Assembly (NCBI GenBank): GCA_963799845.1 | Contig: CAWCYI010000004.1 | Location: 1,568,001-1,632,000 of the forward strand | Direction: 5' to 3' | Length of the DNA stretch: 64,000 nt | Origin: an uncultured Nitrososphaerota archaeon | GTDB lineage: Archaea; Thermoproteota; Nitrososphaeria; Nitrososphaerales; CADDZS01 | Part shown: positions 38,725 through 49,334 of the stretch, piece after piece | Layout: each line of letters opens with the position of its first letter | Position numbering within the stretch: position 1 is the stretch's first letter | Translations under genes and position numbers: made by a program | Notes under the pieces: model-generated | The model's database searches: none | Seen by the model: the letters and a program-made list of their open reading frames with translations, nothing else | Told to the model about the DNA's origin: nothing

Positions 38725-39156
38725 TTACGGACGTTTGCGATAACTTGGGATGACCTGTTCTTCGAGCAGCCTGTCAATATAGCTGCTTTCGCCCGAACGC
38801 TTGGGATTGGAATATTGGTTCACAAGAATTCCAGAAAATACCGTTCCCGGCAAAACTACTGCTAGGGATTTTGGAAACTTCAATATCCGTCTAATCAGGC
38901 GAGAGACGAAATTCAGCTTTGACAAGTCAACTACTTTCATTGGAATGCCGGAAGAATGAGCAAACCTTTCAGCATGCTCGAGTACCAATTTTTGAATTTC
39001 ATCAAGTCGATCTTCAAACTGTATTGAGCTTCTCGAAGATTTCACAAATCCAACAATCGACGGAGAATAATATTCCAAGAGGACGGCTCGACTGGGTACT
39101 TTCCTCGATTTGATGTAGACCTTTATGAAATCTTTAGATTTGCTCATTTTTTCCAC
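38725..39156 (-). CDS. hypothetical protein
   Basis: 143-aa ORF co-oriented with the permease. No motif. Confidence 0.5.
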   Translation of the reverse strand: MEKMSKSKDFIKVYIKSRKVPSRAVLLEYYSPSIVGFVKSSRSSIQFEDRLDEIQKLVLEHAERFAHSSGIPMKVVDLSKLNFVSRLIRRILKFPKSLAVVLPGTVFSGILVNQYSNPKRSGESSYIDRLLEEQVIPSYRKRP

Positions 39157-39312
39157 TAGAACCCAACGTGAACTTCTTTCACACTAGTCTTTTGCGCCGT
39201 CTTATGTCGGCGAAATCAAGTCAATCTAATGACAAATCTCTGTCCAGCGTACGCCGATATCAGTGATATATACTGAAAATCGGAATCAAAACATAACCAA
39301 GGGATTGATTCC

Positions 39313-40073
39313 GTGACTCTTTACGAAATCGCCTTCAAACTGCAGCATGACTGCCCCTACAATGATCTGAGCAGGAAGTTGCCGGAGATTACCTTCGCGC
39401 ACTGGTGCAACCGCGAAAGAGACGTCATAGAGATCTCGTGCGAAGATGAGGATCTCGCTGCATTTGAGGAGTTGCAAAAGGATCTACGGAGCCTTGAGCG
39501 TTCGCTCTCCGTCAAGATTATGGGAAAGTCCTTCGGCATCCGGAGCGCTCAACTCGTCACTGGGAGCTGTCACTGCAACGAGATAAGAAAGAGCGTCTCG
39601 CCCGCCATTGAAAGGCACAACTGCCTCCGGATGGAACCGCTTCTATACAAACACGGATGGGAGTGGTACCGAATCATTGTGTTCAAGCAGCGAGACATCA
39701 AGGAACTCTTTGAAGAGCTCGAAGGTTTCACGAATTTTCAGATAATTTCGAGGAGAACAATCGAGGAGACCACGTCAAAGAGTCATTCGTTCTTTCGCCG
39801 GGGAGTATATTGGGGCAGCTCACGAAAAAGCAATCATACGCTCTAATTACCGCGCTTTCTCGCGGATACTACGAGATTCCGAAGAAAGTTTCGACGGACG
39901 AAATTACAAAGAGCCTGGATCTTCCTCGCACGACATTTGAAGAGCACCTGCGAAAGGCGGAGAGCAAGGTTATGAAGGCCCTTGCCCCACTTCTGGAACT
40001 TGCGAGCTTCAACGATTTTTCGAGAGCAAATCCAAAGAAGTTAGAAATGTTCATTCCGGAATTGACAGAGTAA
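39313..40073 (+). CDS. bacterio-opsin activator (Bat)-type HTH regulator (frameshift near 39768)
   Basis: N-terminal HDCP...WCN domain and C-terminal LT.KQ...L..AL..GYYEIPKK.....I...L.....T..EHLRKAE.K in the adjacent frame. Confidence 0.85.
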
Positions 40074-40141
40074 TCCAAAGCCCGTCTTAAGACGGCAGTA
40101 TACGTATCCCTAGAGGATCGCAAGAATACCTCAGAACGAAT

Positions 40142-40357
40142 ATGGAGACAATTCAAAAAATGGGACCGCCACCGCTCACCAAATCCCAGGAAGAGCTGCT
40201 GCAAATTGTGATGAATTCACGTTCGGTCTCCGTTTCTGAATTCCCGGATAGAGTTGAAGACATGCGGGAGCTGATTGCAAAGGGATGTGTCAAGCTAAGG
40301 ATAGTCGCTTATACATGGGGTGTGGACTATGAATTGATCCCAAATCTTAGGATGTAG
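40142..40357 (+). CDS. hypothetical small winged-helix-like protein
   Basis: 71 aa with LT..Q..LL and L..KG.V. Confidence 0.4.
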   Translation: METIQKMGPPPLTKSQEELLQIVMNSRSVSVSEFPDRVEDMRELIAKGCVKLRIVAYTWGVDYELIPNLRM

Positions 40358-40512
40358 CTTTAAGGAATTTGAAATATTCTTTCCTATATCAGAGATCTTC
40401 ATTTTCATCTTGTGATGAATCGATAGGTTTGGACTGATCTCGACCTCTAGACGACAAATTCCAACGAAATGCTTTAACGAAAGCTAATCCGTTGATACCC
40501 CGCGAGTAATTC

Positions 40513-40750
40513 TTGACCGCCAAAGCATTCTTGCTGATCAGTGCTGAGCTGAGGACGTGAAAGAGATGTCGTTATGGAGTTGCAATCGATCCAAAACGTA
40601 CGGGAGGTGCACGTAACCTATGGAGTCTACGATGTCATTGCGAAAGTAGAGGCCGAAAGCCCGCAAAAGCTCAAGGACACAATTACCAACCAAATTAGGT
40701 CATTGGAGTACATCAAATCGACCCTTACAATGGTAGTCGTGGAAGAATGA
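40513..40750 (+). CDS. stand-alone Lrp/AsnC ligand-binding-domain protein (one extra base near 40550; absent from the ORF track)
   Basis: Removing one base gives MTAKAFLLISAELGRERDVVMELQSIQNVREVHVTYGVYDVIAKVEAESPQKLKDTITNQIRSLEYIKSTLTMVVVEE*, with the YG.YD and STLT motifs. Confidence 0.85.
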
Positions 40751-40897
40751 TTGTTAACCCCTAAGTAGGTTCTAGTTTAGTGATGTAAGGGGAATCGATT
40801 CTAATGCCAAGTCTATTTTAACGATGCCACCAACCTACACGTCGATTTGCAATAGAGATATGGAAGCAAGTTCGAGAATCAACCAGACCTAATGTAA

Positions 40898-41299
40898 ATG
40901 AGCAGCACAGACTCGACAAGCCTCTACATTGCTATTATCGCTTTATTGATAGGAGTCCTAGGACTGCCTCCGCTTTACAAAGAGATGTTCGACCGCAGGA
41001 AGGAACGAAATAAAGTCACTTTTACATTTGAGAAATTCATGGAAAATGGTGACACTTTCCTCCGTGTGCATAACCCCGACAAACTGATCAGGCACCTGAT
41101 CATATTTTGCGATGGGACACCATGTCTACCCAAAGATAACCCATCTAAATCAGGAAGATTTGACATTCAGATTGTTGTTGGAGGCGGAGCAAATTTCGCA
41201 CTGCCTAATTATTTCAACTCTCAATCAAAAATAGTTGTAAAAGACGGCGACAAAAAACTAGAGGAGTTTATTTTCAAGAATATTCCAGAAGCACGGTAA
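40898..41299 (+). CDS. hypothetical protein with N-terminal TM anchor
   Basis: One hydrophobic helix followed by a beta-rich domain; locally AT-richer. Confidence 0.6.
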   Translation: MSSTDSTSLYIAIIALLIGVLGLPPLYKEMFDRRKERNKVTFTFEKFMENGDTFLRVHNPDKLIRHLIIFCDGTPCLPKDNPSKSGRFDIQIVVGGGANFALPNYFNSQSKIVVKDGDKKLEEFIFKNIPEAR

Positions 41300-41560
41300 A
41301 ATCATGGCTACAAAAAAGAAGACTGAAGAAGGTATCAGGATTCAACATTGGGATTTAATTAACTCACAATTAGGGATGCTTTGATTAATGCCAACGTCTC
41401 CGAGAACGGACTTGCAGAAAATGATTTAGGAAATCGAAGATAATTTTCAAAACGAATTCATGTCAAGTTTTGAATCGGGTAATCTGGTTGAAAAGACAAA
41501 GACTTGAGAGCTTAATGGATATCCGTTTAGGGCTTAGTTAATTCATTGAGGTACAAAAGC

Positions 41561-42550
41561 ATGGCAGATGCAGTTATTGAGGATAAAGAAGTAACATGGA
41601 AAGTTCTTGATATTCCTGTATACGGAACCATAACGGCGCCAGCAGACAAAGAAGCGCGTTCAGCAGTCATCTTAGTAGCGGGTAGCGGTCCAACCGACAG
41701 GAACTGGTGCTCGCCTCTCTTGCCGGGAACAAACGGAAGCGCCAAATTATTGGCTGAAGCACTCGCAAGTCAAGGGTTTGTTACGTTGCGTTACGATAAA
41801 CTTGCCTCTGGCCCGCACGTCAAAGAGAACTTGTCCAAATTTGCTGGCAAACTCAGCATGCAAACCCACATGGACGAACTAGCAGGTGCAGTCAAAACGG
41901 TAGTTTCTGAAAAGTACGTCAACAAGGATAGTCTTTTTGCCCTAACCAACAGCGAAGGCGCAATTCACGCCGTAAATTACCAACTGCAGGCAAATGGTAA
42001 CCGCTTCAAAGGACTGGTACTGACTGGAGCTCCTGGAAGAGCGATTGGTGAACTGAGTCGCAGCCAAATCTTCAACCAAGCCAAGTCTCTATCAAACGCA
42101 GAAATCCTCATGAAACATTACGATGAAGCCATCGCAGAGTTTCTAGCCAGTGAACCAATAGTCATGGACTCATCTCTTCCCGAAGCCATAAGGCCGTTGC
42201 TGCGAAGCTTGGAGAATCCAACAAACCTACCGTTTAGCAGGGAATTGTGGAATTACAGTCTCCCAGAATACATCACAAAAGTTAACGAGCCTATGCTCGT
42301 GGTAATCGGCAAAAAGGACCTCCAAATTGACTGGAAAATAGATGGAGGGGCGTTGGAAAATGCAACCGCCCGAAAAACTACAGTGACGTTTGCCTATCCA
42401 GAAAACGCCAATCACGTCCTGAAGCATGAAGAAATGCCTGTTGAAAAACTCACTGCCGAATATGTCGGTTCGCATTATAATGCGCCAGACGCAGAACTTG
42501 ACAAAGAAGCCGCGAATGCCATCTTTAACTGGCTGACGAGTCAATCATGA
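41561..42550 (+). CDS. alpha/beta hydrolase
   Basis: AGSGPTDR, LRYDK, nucleophile elbow TNSEG, G.KDLQI and ANHVLK. Start at ATG 41561 or TTG 41546. Confidence 0.85.
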   Translation: MADAVIEDKEVTWKVLDIPVYGTITAPADKEARSAVILVAGSGPTDRNWCSPLLPGTNGSAKLLAEALASQGFVTLRYDKLASGPHVKENLSKFAGKLSMQTHMDELAGAVKTVVSEKYVNKDSLFALTNSEGAIHAVNYQLQANGNRFKGLVLTGAPGRAIGELSRSQIFNQAKSLSNAEILMKHYDEAIAEFLASEPIVMDSSLPEAIRPLLRSLENPTNLPFSRELWNYSLPEYITKVNEPMLVVIGKKDLQIDWKIDGGALENATARKTTVTFAYPENANHVLKHEEMPVEKLTAEYVGSHYNAPDAELDKEAANAIFNWLTSQS

Positions 42551-42565
42551 AACGAATAAGCTACG

Positions 42566-42979
42566 TCACAATTCCTTTCCATGTTTTAGCAGAGTCCTGT
42601 CCATTTCATAACCCATTTTCTCAAAGAATTTCAGAGAACGATCATTCGACGCGTAAACCAGGGCGTTTACTTTCACGACCCCCTTTCTCTTCATCCTCCT
42701 CTCAACTTCTTTGACGAGCTTCGTCGCTACTCCAGATCTTTGATGGGAAGGGATAACTCCGAGATGATGTATCCAGCCTCTGCGGCCATCCCATCCGCCT
42801 AAAAGAGTACCGATTATTTTTCCATCACTATCCTCGGCAACAAGGAAGAGTTCAGGGTCTCGCCTGATCTTCATCCTTATATCGTCCCTGTCGTCGCCGA
42901 GAGTTTTCCTCAATCCGCTTTGCTTCCACACCGAGACTACCTCATCATAATCTTTAATGGAAAAATTTCTGATCTTCAA
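42566..42979 (-). CDS. GNAT acetyltransferase (YpeA-like)
   Basis: DPELFLVAE, GWDGRRGWI.HL.V.P.HQRSG.A and N....FF..MGY. Confidence 0.88.
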   Translation of the reverse strand: MKIRNFSIKDYDEVVSVWKQSGLRKTLGDDRDDIRMKIRRDPELFLVAEDSDGKIIGTLLGGWDGRRGWIHHLGVIPSHQRSGVATKLVKEVERRMKRKGVVKVNALVYASNDRSLKFFEKMGYEMDRTLLKHGKEL

Positions 42980-43041
42980 TTGACTTTCTAGAGAATGAGT
43001 TTATTTCGGGTCTGCTTTGCTCAGTTCGCGAAGGACAAAAA

Positions 43042-43974
43042 CTACTGAGAGGTAATTGCCGCCATCATCACGTGCTGAATCTTCAATGCCTCCTGTATAA
43101 TGATGGTCTTTATTGGTTCCTCGAACGCGCTTTTTGCCCAAACTATCATTACGATCTGGTACGTTAAGCTCCCCACGTCGACCGTCTCCACGTTCGATTT
43201 TTCAGAGTCGATTATGTCATACTTTTTCATCGATTCCAAGAATTTGGACTTGAAGATGTTGAAGTCCAGCCTCTTGTCGAGATCCATCCTCGCCCTAACT
43301 GTACGGAGATCAATCTTGGTGTGGTTGATCGCCATCGAGCCGATCACCACTGAATTCGAGAATACAGCTGGGGTGCCATCGTCCAGCGTCATTTTCATAT
43401 AAAAAACGCCGATGTCCCTGACAACTCCCGTAAAGCCGTTGATCATACTCTCGCGATTGTAAGTCCCGCCCATCAAGCTGTACGATGCCGTTGCGAGAGT
43501 TATCCTGTCCCCAATCTCGAAGGGCCTCGCAGCCAGTAAAGAAAGGCCGGCAAAGATGTTCCCGAGCACCTGTTGGGCAGCGAGTCCCAGGACGATTCCC
43601 GCAAAACCCGCACTTACAAGTACTCCAGTAAGGTTGAGTCCGTAGAGCGAAGAGATGATTGCTACGACAACTATCGCAGCGATAATGTAAAACAGATTCT
43701 TGATTCCGTGAGTCTTGGTGATTCCAATGGTCGGTTCGACTAATTTCTCCAGAATCGCCGTGAAGATCCTCACCCAGGCATAGCCGGCGATCACGACGAT
43801 GACGGCGTATAGTGGAAACAGATACGATGATGGGATGTACTCCTTGTTTCCCATGAAGTTAACGATTAAAGCAGTCGCTACGGCAAACGCGACAACCACT
43901 GCAAAGCCGGTGAGTTCCATTCGAATGGATTTCTTTGGTGCGCTCAACTTGTGAATAGTTTGAAAAGAGCTCAT
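43042..43974 (-). CDS. mscS: small-conductance mechanosensitive channel
   Basis: AG.AGIVLGLAAQ..LGN..AG......PF.IGDRI and G.V.DIG. Confidence 0.9.
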   Translation of the reverse strand: MSSFQTIHKLSAPKKSIRMELTGFAVVVAFAVATALIVNFMGNKEYIPSSYLFPLYAVIVVIAGYAWVRIFTAILEKLVEPTIGITKTHGIKNLFYIIAAIVVVAIISSLYGLNLTGVLVSAGFAGIVLGLAAQQVLGNIFAGLSLLAARPFEIGDRITLATASYSLMGGTYNRESMINGFTGVVRDIGVFYMKMTLDDGTPAVFSNSVVIGSMAINHTKIDLRTVRARMDLDKRLDFNIFKSKFLESMKKYDIIDSEKSNVETVDVGSLTYQIVMIVWAKSAFEEPIKTIIIQEALKIQHVMMAAITSQ

Positions 43975-44084
43975 AAAAAATATGATGCAAAAAATCCCCA
44001 GCTATATCGTGCTCCTTCTCGGTGCTGGCCTAGTCTCTGAGCAAAACTAATTTTAGAGGGGGATGTCACTCGAGTTACATTCCG

Positions 44085-45047
44085 ATGACCACAAACTCAG
44101 GAGCGTCTAATTCTCCACAGATCATCCCACAGCCCGTTGCTGCTCCGCTGACGCGCGCCGCGATCTTTCTGGTGGTAATGATAAAACTAGGTGACGAAAA
44201 CCGTGCGGCCGTGCGATCGTTGTGCAAGGATCTCGCCGGGCTCTTGCGGGCTGTGGGATTTCGCGATCTTGGAGGAAGCCTTTCCTGCGTGATGGGGTTT
44301 GGGTCCAACGCATGGGACCAATTATTTGGAGAGCCCCGACCTGCAGAATTACACGTTTTCCGGGAATTTCAAAGTGGAACTCGTTATGCCGTCTCCACGC
44401 CGGGCGACTTGCTTTTTCACATCCGCGCACAACACATGGATCTTTGCTTTGAGCTGGCGACTCAGATCATGGCTCGGCTCGGTGGCGCAGTTTCGCCCCA
44501 GGACGAGGTGCATGGCTTCCGATATTTTGACAGCCGCGATCTCATGGGCTTCGTAGATGGAACTGAGAATCCCAAAGATCAGGCAGCGATTGACGCTACT
44601 ATCGTAGGCGAGGAGGATGCCAGCTTTGCCGGCGGAAGCTACGTAATAGTGCAGAAGTATCTGCACGATCTTACCGCGTGGAATGCACTATCGACTGAAG
44701 CGCAAGAACGAGTCATCGGCCGCAAGAAGCTGTCTGACATTGAGCTGGACGACGCGGTCAAGCCAACCTCGGCGCACAGTGCTCTAACCACAATCAAAAA
44801 GGACGGCAAAGAAATCAAGATCCTCCGCGATAACATGCCCTTCGGTAACGTTGCCGTGGGTGATTTCGGCACTTACTTCATCGGTTACGCTCGCTCGCCC
44901 GGTACCACCGAACAAATGATAGAGAACATGTTCGTTGGCCGTCCGCCCGGCAACTACGATCGCATCTTGGATTATAGCCACGCAGTCACGGGCAATCTTT
45001 TTTTCGTTCCATCGGCAACATTCTTGGAAAAAGTGAATGGCGACTAG
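44085..45047 (+). CDS. dye-decolorizing peroxidase (DyP, bacterial class B-like)
   Basis: TPGDLLFHIRA, GFVDGTENP (GxxDG), GGSYVIVQKY.HD, proximal His in SAH and ILRDNMPFG. Confidence 0.95.
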   Translation: MTTNSGASNSPQIIPQPVAAPLTRAAIFLVVMIKLGDENRAAVRSLCKDLAGLLRAVGFRDLGGSLSCVMGFGSNAWDQLFGEPRPAELHVFREFQSGTRYAVSTPGDLLFHIRAQHMDLCFELATQIMARLGGAVSPQDEVHGFRYFDSRDLMGFVDGTENPKDQAAIDATIVGEEDASFAGGSYVIVQKYLHDLTAWNALSTEAQERVIGRKKLSDIELDDAVKPTSAHSALTTIKKDGKEIKILRDNMPFGNVAVGDFGTYFIGYARSPGTTEQMIENMFVGRPPGNYDRILDYSHAVTGNLFFVPSATFLEKVNGD

Positions 45048-45049
45048 GA

Positions 45050-45508
45050 TTATTTTGCAAGTCTGATCGGTACAAATTTCCATTTGATCTTCGGCGGCCG
45101 GACCGACGAACAAAGTGGTCCTCCCCTTTCATCCGTCAGACCAAGAACTCCTTCCAACACCAAGCCCTTCGAAATTGCGCACTTCACAGCATCAGGGTCA
45201 AGCGCTGACAAGTGAAGCTTTGCACGGCGAAACATTTCGAAGCTACCCTTAGTCCTGACCTCGCCCCAGCTCAGATAGAGGAACCTCTCTCCTTTTTTCC
45301 CGTGAACGAAGGGGCCTCGGTAATCTATATCTTCCGAATTCACCACATCTATCTTGAACTCGAATACCACTTCATTGGAATCACCCTGCACCGGATCGAC
45401 GACCTCTGTTTTGTCTTGCATCCCGACATACACGGGCTTTCGCTCCGCAAATCTAAGACCCGGTAAGTGATTACCAATGATCCGGACATTCAATTCTGAT
45501 TTATCCAA
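45050..45508 (-). CDS. DUF5990-like protein
   Basis: GPFVHG..GERFLYLSWG, MFRRAKL and TD..GGP.C.SVRPP.I.W. Confidence 0.7.
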   Translation of the reverse strand: MDKSELNVRIIGNHLPGLRFAERKPVYVGMQDKTEVVDPVQGDSNEVVFEFKIDVVNSEDIDYRGPFVHGKKGERFLYLSWGEVRTKGSFEMFRRAKLHLSALDPDAVKCAISKGLVLEGVLGLTDERGGPLCSSVRPPKIKWKFVPIRLAK

Positions 45509-45664
45509 ATGCGATACCTCACCACCATGAAGAATGATTATCTGAAAAAACTAATTGGTGAGGAGTGTTCGATTCCTACATATCTTTAGCCTTCTACGGG
45601 AGGCGAATCAGGTAGCAATTTTAAGTCTTGGAAGAGTGCTTTCGACGAGGTGCAATAGACGGCA

Positions 45665-47293
45665 GTGCGATCTGGGGGAATCAAACCACAACGGCTCTGG
45701 GACATCTTGGAAAACGCTGCTTCTTCCCACGGGGATCGCATCGCAATTATCGAGCCGCGAGAAGACAAATCACCCGTCAGTATCAGTTACTCGGACCTCC
45801 TCTCCAAATCTAAGAGTCTCGCGCAGGGGCTCGCGTCTTTTGGTGTCAAAGGAGGTTCGCGGGTTGGGTGTTTTCTTTACAATGGCGCGGAGTTTGTCGA
45901 ACTCTGGTTTGCCGTGTCACTGCTCGGCGGAATCCTCGTACCTTTCAACACCGCCCTGAAAGGACTCTTGTTGGAGTATCAGATCAACGATAGTGAGATC
46001 TCGTTGTTGTTCGTTGATGCGAGGCTGAGCGGTTCAGTCCAAAATATCGGAACGAATACGATTCTTAGGAAGTTGATCTGGGTTGAGAAAGGAATCACGC
46101 AGCCGGGTACCTTCCACCGGACCGACTCAACATCATTTTCCGAGCTCCTTATTCATGGGGAAATCAGCCCCGCGCAGTTCGAACCAAATTTGTTGGATGA
46201 CATCCTGACCATCCTCTACACTTCGGGGACGACGGGAGATCCGAAAGGCGTCACTTTATCCCACAGGGCCTACTTGAATAGAACGAAAGAGATCTCAGAT
46301 CTTTTTGGGGCGCTCGACGGGGACATTTTCTTTAACGCACTCCCTTTGTTTCACACGTCGGGCCAGGTGATGACAACTCTTCCGGCCATCTGGAACTCGG
46401 GAACAGTGATAATTGAAGAATGGTTTCACGCCAGCAGGTATTGGAAGGATGCCGCTGCATTTGATGCAAAGTACTCTTTCCTCCTCATGACGATGATCAA
46501 CGTGCTGTTGAAGAGAAAGGAGGAATTTGTCCCCAACAAGCTGAAGCTCATGCTTTGCGGAGGGGCGACCGCCGAGATGTGGTCGGACTTTGAAAGAGCA
46601 TTTTCGATCAGGCTGTTCGAGGGGTACGGGATGACGGAAACCTGCGGGGTCGCTATATTCAATTCCAGGAAGGATTTTCGATCGGGCTCGATCGGGAAAC
46701 CTCTTCCCAGCGTGGACGTCGCAATTGAAGGCGAAGAAGATCATGAGTCGAAAAAACCAGATCTGAGGGGAGAAATCCTACTGCGCCCCATCATTCCAGG
46801 CACCATGATGATAGAGTACCTGAAGAAAAAAGAAGAAACGAGGAACGCCTGGAGAAACGGGTGGCTGCACACTGGAGACCTAGGTTACTTTGATCAAGAT
46901 GGGTTTGTTTATTTCATAGAAAGAAAGAAAGACATCATCAGGAGAAAGGGAGAAAACATCTCGCCCAGCGACATAGAGAAAGTGGTATCGACCCATGACA
47001 ATGTGTTGGAGTCAAGCGCTGTTGGAATAACCTCCGATCTTGGTGAGGAGGAGATAGCTCTCTTTCTCGTCGTGAGAGAAAAGTTTTCGGATATTGCTCC
47101 CTTTTTGAAGTGGCTCGATTCGCAGCTTCCCTATTACATGATGCCTTCAAAATTGAATTTCGTCGAGTCTCTTCCAAAGACGGCAAACTTCAAGATCCAG
47201 AGGAATCGGCTGCGCGAGGGCAGAATTCCGATAATCTTCAGCGTGGATGTTGCAAAAACAGGTTTCAAGGCAACGAAACCACTCGGACAGTAA
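45665..47293 (+). CDS. AMP-forming acyl-CoA ligase (CaiC-like)
   Basis: LYTSGTTGDPKGV, LPLFH, EGYGMTE, WLHTGD, RKKDIIRRKGENIS and LPKT. Confidence 0.92.
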   Translation: MRSGGIKPQRLWDILENAASSHGDRIAIIEPREDKSPVSISYSDLLSKSKSLAQGLASFGVKGGSRVGCFLYNGAEFVELWFAVSLLGGILVPFNTALKGLLLEYQINDSEISLLFVDARLSGSVQNIGTNTILRKLIWVEKGITQPGTFHRTDSTSFSELLIHGEISPAQFEPNLLDDILTILYTSGTTGDPKGVTLSHRAYLNRTKEISDLFGALDGDIFFNALPLFHTSGQVMTTLPAIWNSGTVIIEEWFHASRYWKDAAAFDAKYSFLLMTMINVLLKRKEEFVPNKLKLMLCGGATAEMWSDFERAFSIRLFEGYGMTETCGVAIFNSRKDFRSGSIGKPLPSVDVAIEGEEDHESKKPDLRGEILLRPIIPGTMMIEYLKKKEETRNAWRNGWLHTGDLGYFDQDGFVYFIERKKDIIRRKGENISPSDIEKVVSTHDNVLESSAVGITSDLGEEEIALFLVVREKFSDIAPFLKWLDSQLPYYMMPSKLNFVESLPKTANFKIQRNRLREGRIPIIFSVDVAKTGFKATKPLGQ

Positions 47294-47328
47294 GTTAAGA
47301 TTGCCAAAAGCAGATCTTCGGTGAACCA

Positions 47329-48325
47329 TTGAATCAAGAATTGCTCATGGTCGAGGGGATAAGAATCGTCTTTCCCTCCAAAAAGGGCGAACTTGTAGTC
47401 TGTTGATAACATTGACCTAGATGTTGGAAAAGCTCAGACCGTCGGATTGGTTGGGGAATCCGGCTCCGGGAAGACGATCACAGGAAGGGCTGTCCTCAAC
47501 CTCGTTCCCAGTCCGGGCCAGATTAGGAATGGAAAAGTGATGTTCAAAGGAAGAAATTTACTCGAGCTCGGGCCCGATGAAATGCGACAAATCCGGGGCA
47601 AGGAGATCACTGCTGTCCAGCAAGATCCCTTGTCCGCACTGAATCCAGCATTCAAGGTCGAAACGCAGATGACCGACATTTTGATGCTCCACAAGAACCT
47701 CGACAAGTCTCATGCGGTTTCCGAATCAATAGACATACTTCGCGAGCTGGGAATAAATAATCCCGAGCTGGTCCTCAGGAAATATCCCCACCAGCTGAGC
47801 GGCGGCATGGCGCAAAGGATAATGATAGGAATCGCTTTCTCCTGCGGGCCCTCCCTTGTGATTGCTGACGAGCCAACGACCGCACTCGATGTGATCACAC
47901 AAGCTGGGGTGATTGAGCTCATGAGAAAGTTCCAGAAAAGATTGAATACTTCGATCCTCTTCATCACGCACAATCTGGGTCTCGCAGCAAAAGTCTGCGA
48001 CAAGATCGCCGTAATGTATGCGGGCAAGATAGTAGAGTTTGCCGACGCGGATGAGATTTTTCGTAACCCTAGTCACCCATACACACGAAATCTCCTCGCT
48101 TCAGTCCCCAAGATAACCGACCGCTCTAAAAAAATCCCTTCGATCCAAGGTGGAATGCCAGATCTGACCCATCCGCCAAAGGGATGCCGATTCTATTCGC
48201 GGTGTTCGATAAGGATGGACGCCTGCGCTGCATCCGAAATAAAGTTCGAAGAACTGGGTTCCATAGATAGCCCCCATAGAGCTCTATGCTTGAGGGCGCG
48301 TGAAGTTGGTGAGCTGATAGCTTGA
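47329..48325 (+). CDS. oligo/dipeptide ABC transporter ATPase (OppD/DppD-like; frameshift near 47399)
   Basis: GESGSGKT, LSGGMAQR, IADEPTTALD, HPYT and GCRF..RC. The N-terminus MNQELLMVEG...VDNIDL is recovered from TTG 47329 by removing one base. Confidence 0.9.
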
Positions 48326-49329
48326 GCGAGGCCCTCGTGGAAGTTCAGGGACTCAAGAAGTACTTCTATGCAAATACGGGAAAATTTCAAGACTTTTTCC
48401 TCAGAAAACGGAACGTGGTCAAGGCCGTAGACGGCGTAGATCTGAAGATTGGAAAAGGTGAATCATTTGGAATAGTCGGCGAAAGCGGTTGTGGTAAGAG
48501 CACGCTGGGCAGGACTGTGCTCAGGTTGTTAGAACCCACGGAAGGGAAAATATTCTTTCAGGGAAAGGAAATCACAAACATTTCCCAGAGCGAGATGCGT
48601 ACATACCGGAAAGACATGCAGCTCGTCCTGCAAAACCCTTACTCGTCGCTCAACCCCAGAAAGCGAGTGAAAGATATCCTGAGCGAGACATTGAAGTTTC
48701 ACGGATTCAGGGACACGACTGAAAAGTCAACGAGTGTCCTCGAGCTAGTCGGTCTGGAACCTGAATTCGGAGAGCGCTACCCTCACGAGATGAGCGGCGG
48801 GCAGCGACAGAGGATAGCGATCGCTAGGGCGATCTGCATCGAGCCTGAGCTTGTCGTGCTGGACGAAGTTACCTCGTCCCTCGATGTCTCCGTGCAGGGA
48901 CAGATAATCAACCTCCTCATTGACCTGAAGGACAAACTGGGTCTTTCGTACCTTTTCATATCACACGACCTTGCGGTCGTAAGGCACATCTGCGATCAAG
49001 TCGGGGTGATGTACCTCGGAAAGATCGTTGAAGAAGCTCCTTCGGATTCAATATTTTCAAAGACTCTGCACCCTTACACCCAGTCGCTGGTCTCCTCAAT
49101 CCCCTCTCCGGAAGTCGATTCCGAGTGGAATCCAACTCTTCCCAAAACGGAGCTTGAAAGCTCTCTCGGCGAAATAACTGGCTGCCGATTCAATCCGAGA
49201 TGCCCTTACGCTTTCGACAAGTGCAAGATCGAAGAACCTGAACTGACAACGAAAGGAGCCGACCATCCGGTATCGTGCCATCTATATACCAGCGGCCGAG
49301 TTCCGCCAATGAAACAGGAAGCGAACTGA
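48322..49329 (+). CDS. oligo/dipeptide ABC transporter ATPase (OppF/DppF-like)
   Basis: KAVDGV, GESGCGKST, MSGGQRQR, LDE, HPYT and GCRFNPRC. Confidence 0.93.
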   Translation: MSEALVEVQGLKKYFYANTGKFQDFFLRKRNVVKAVDGVDLKIGKGESFGIVGESGCGKSTLGRTVLRLLEPTEGKIFFQGKEITNISQSEMRTYRKDMQLVLQNPYSSLNPRKRVKDILSETLKFHGFRDTTEKSTSVLELVGLEPEFGERYPHEMSGGQRQRIAIARAICIEPELVVLDEVTSSLDVSVQGQIINLLIDLKDKLGLSYLFISHDLAVVRHICDQVGVMYLGKIVEEAPSDSIFSKTLHPYTQSLVSSIPSPEVDSEWNPTLPKTELESSLGEITGCRFNPRCPYAFDKCKIEEPELTTKGADHPVSCHLYTSGRVPPMKQEAN

Positions 49330-49334
49330 ATGCT

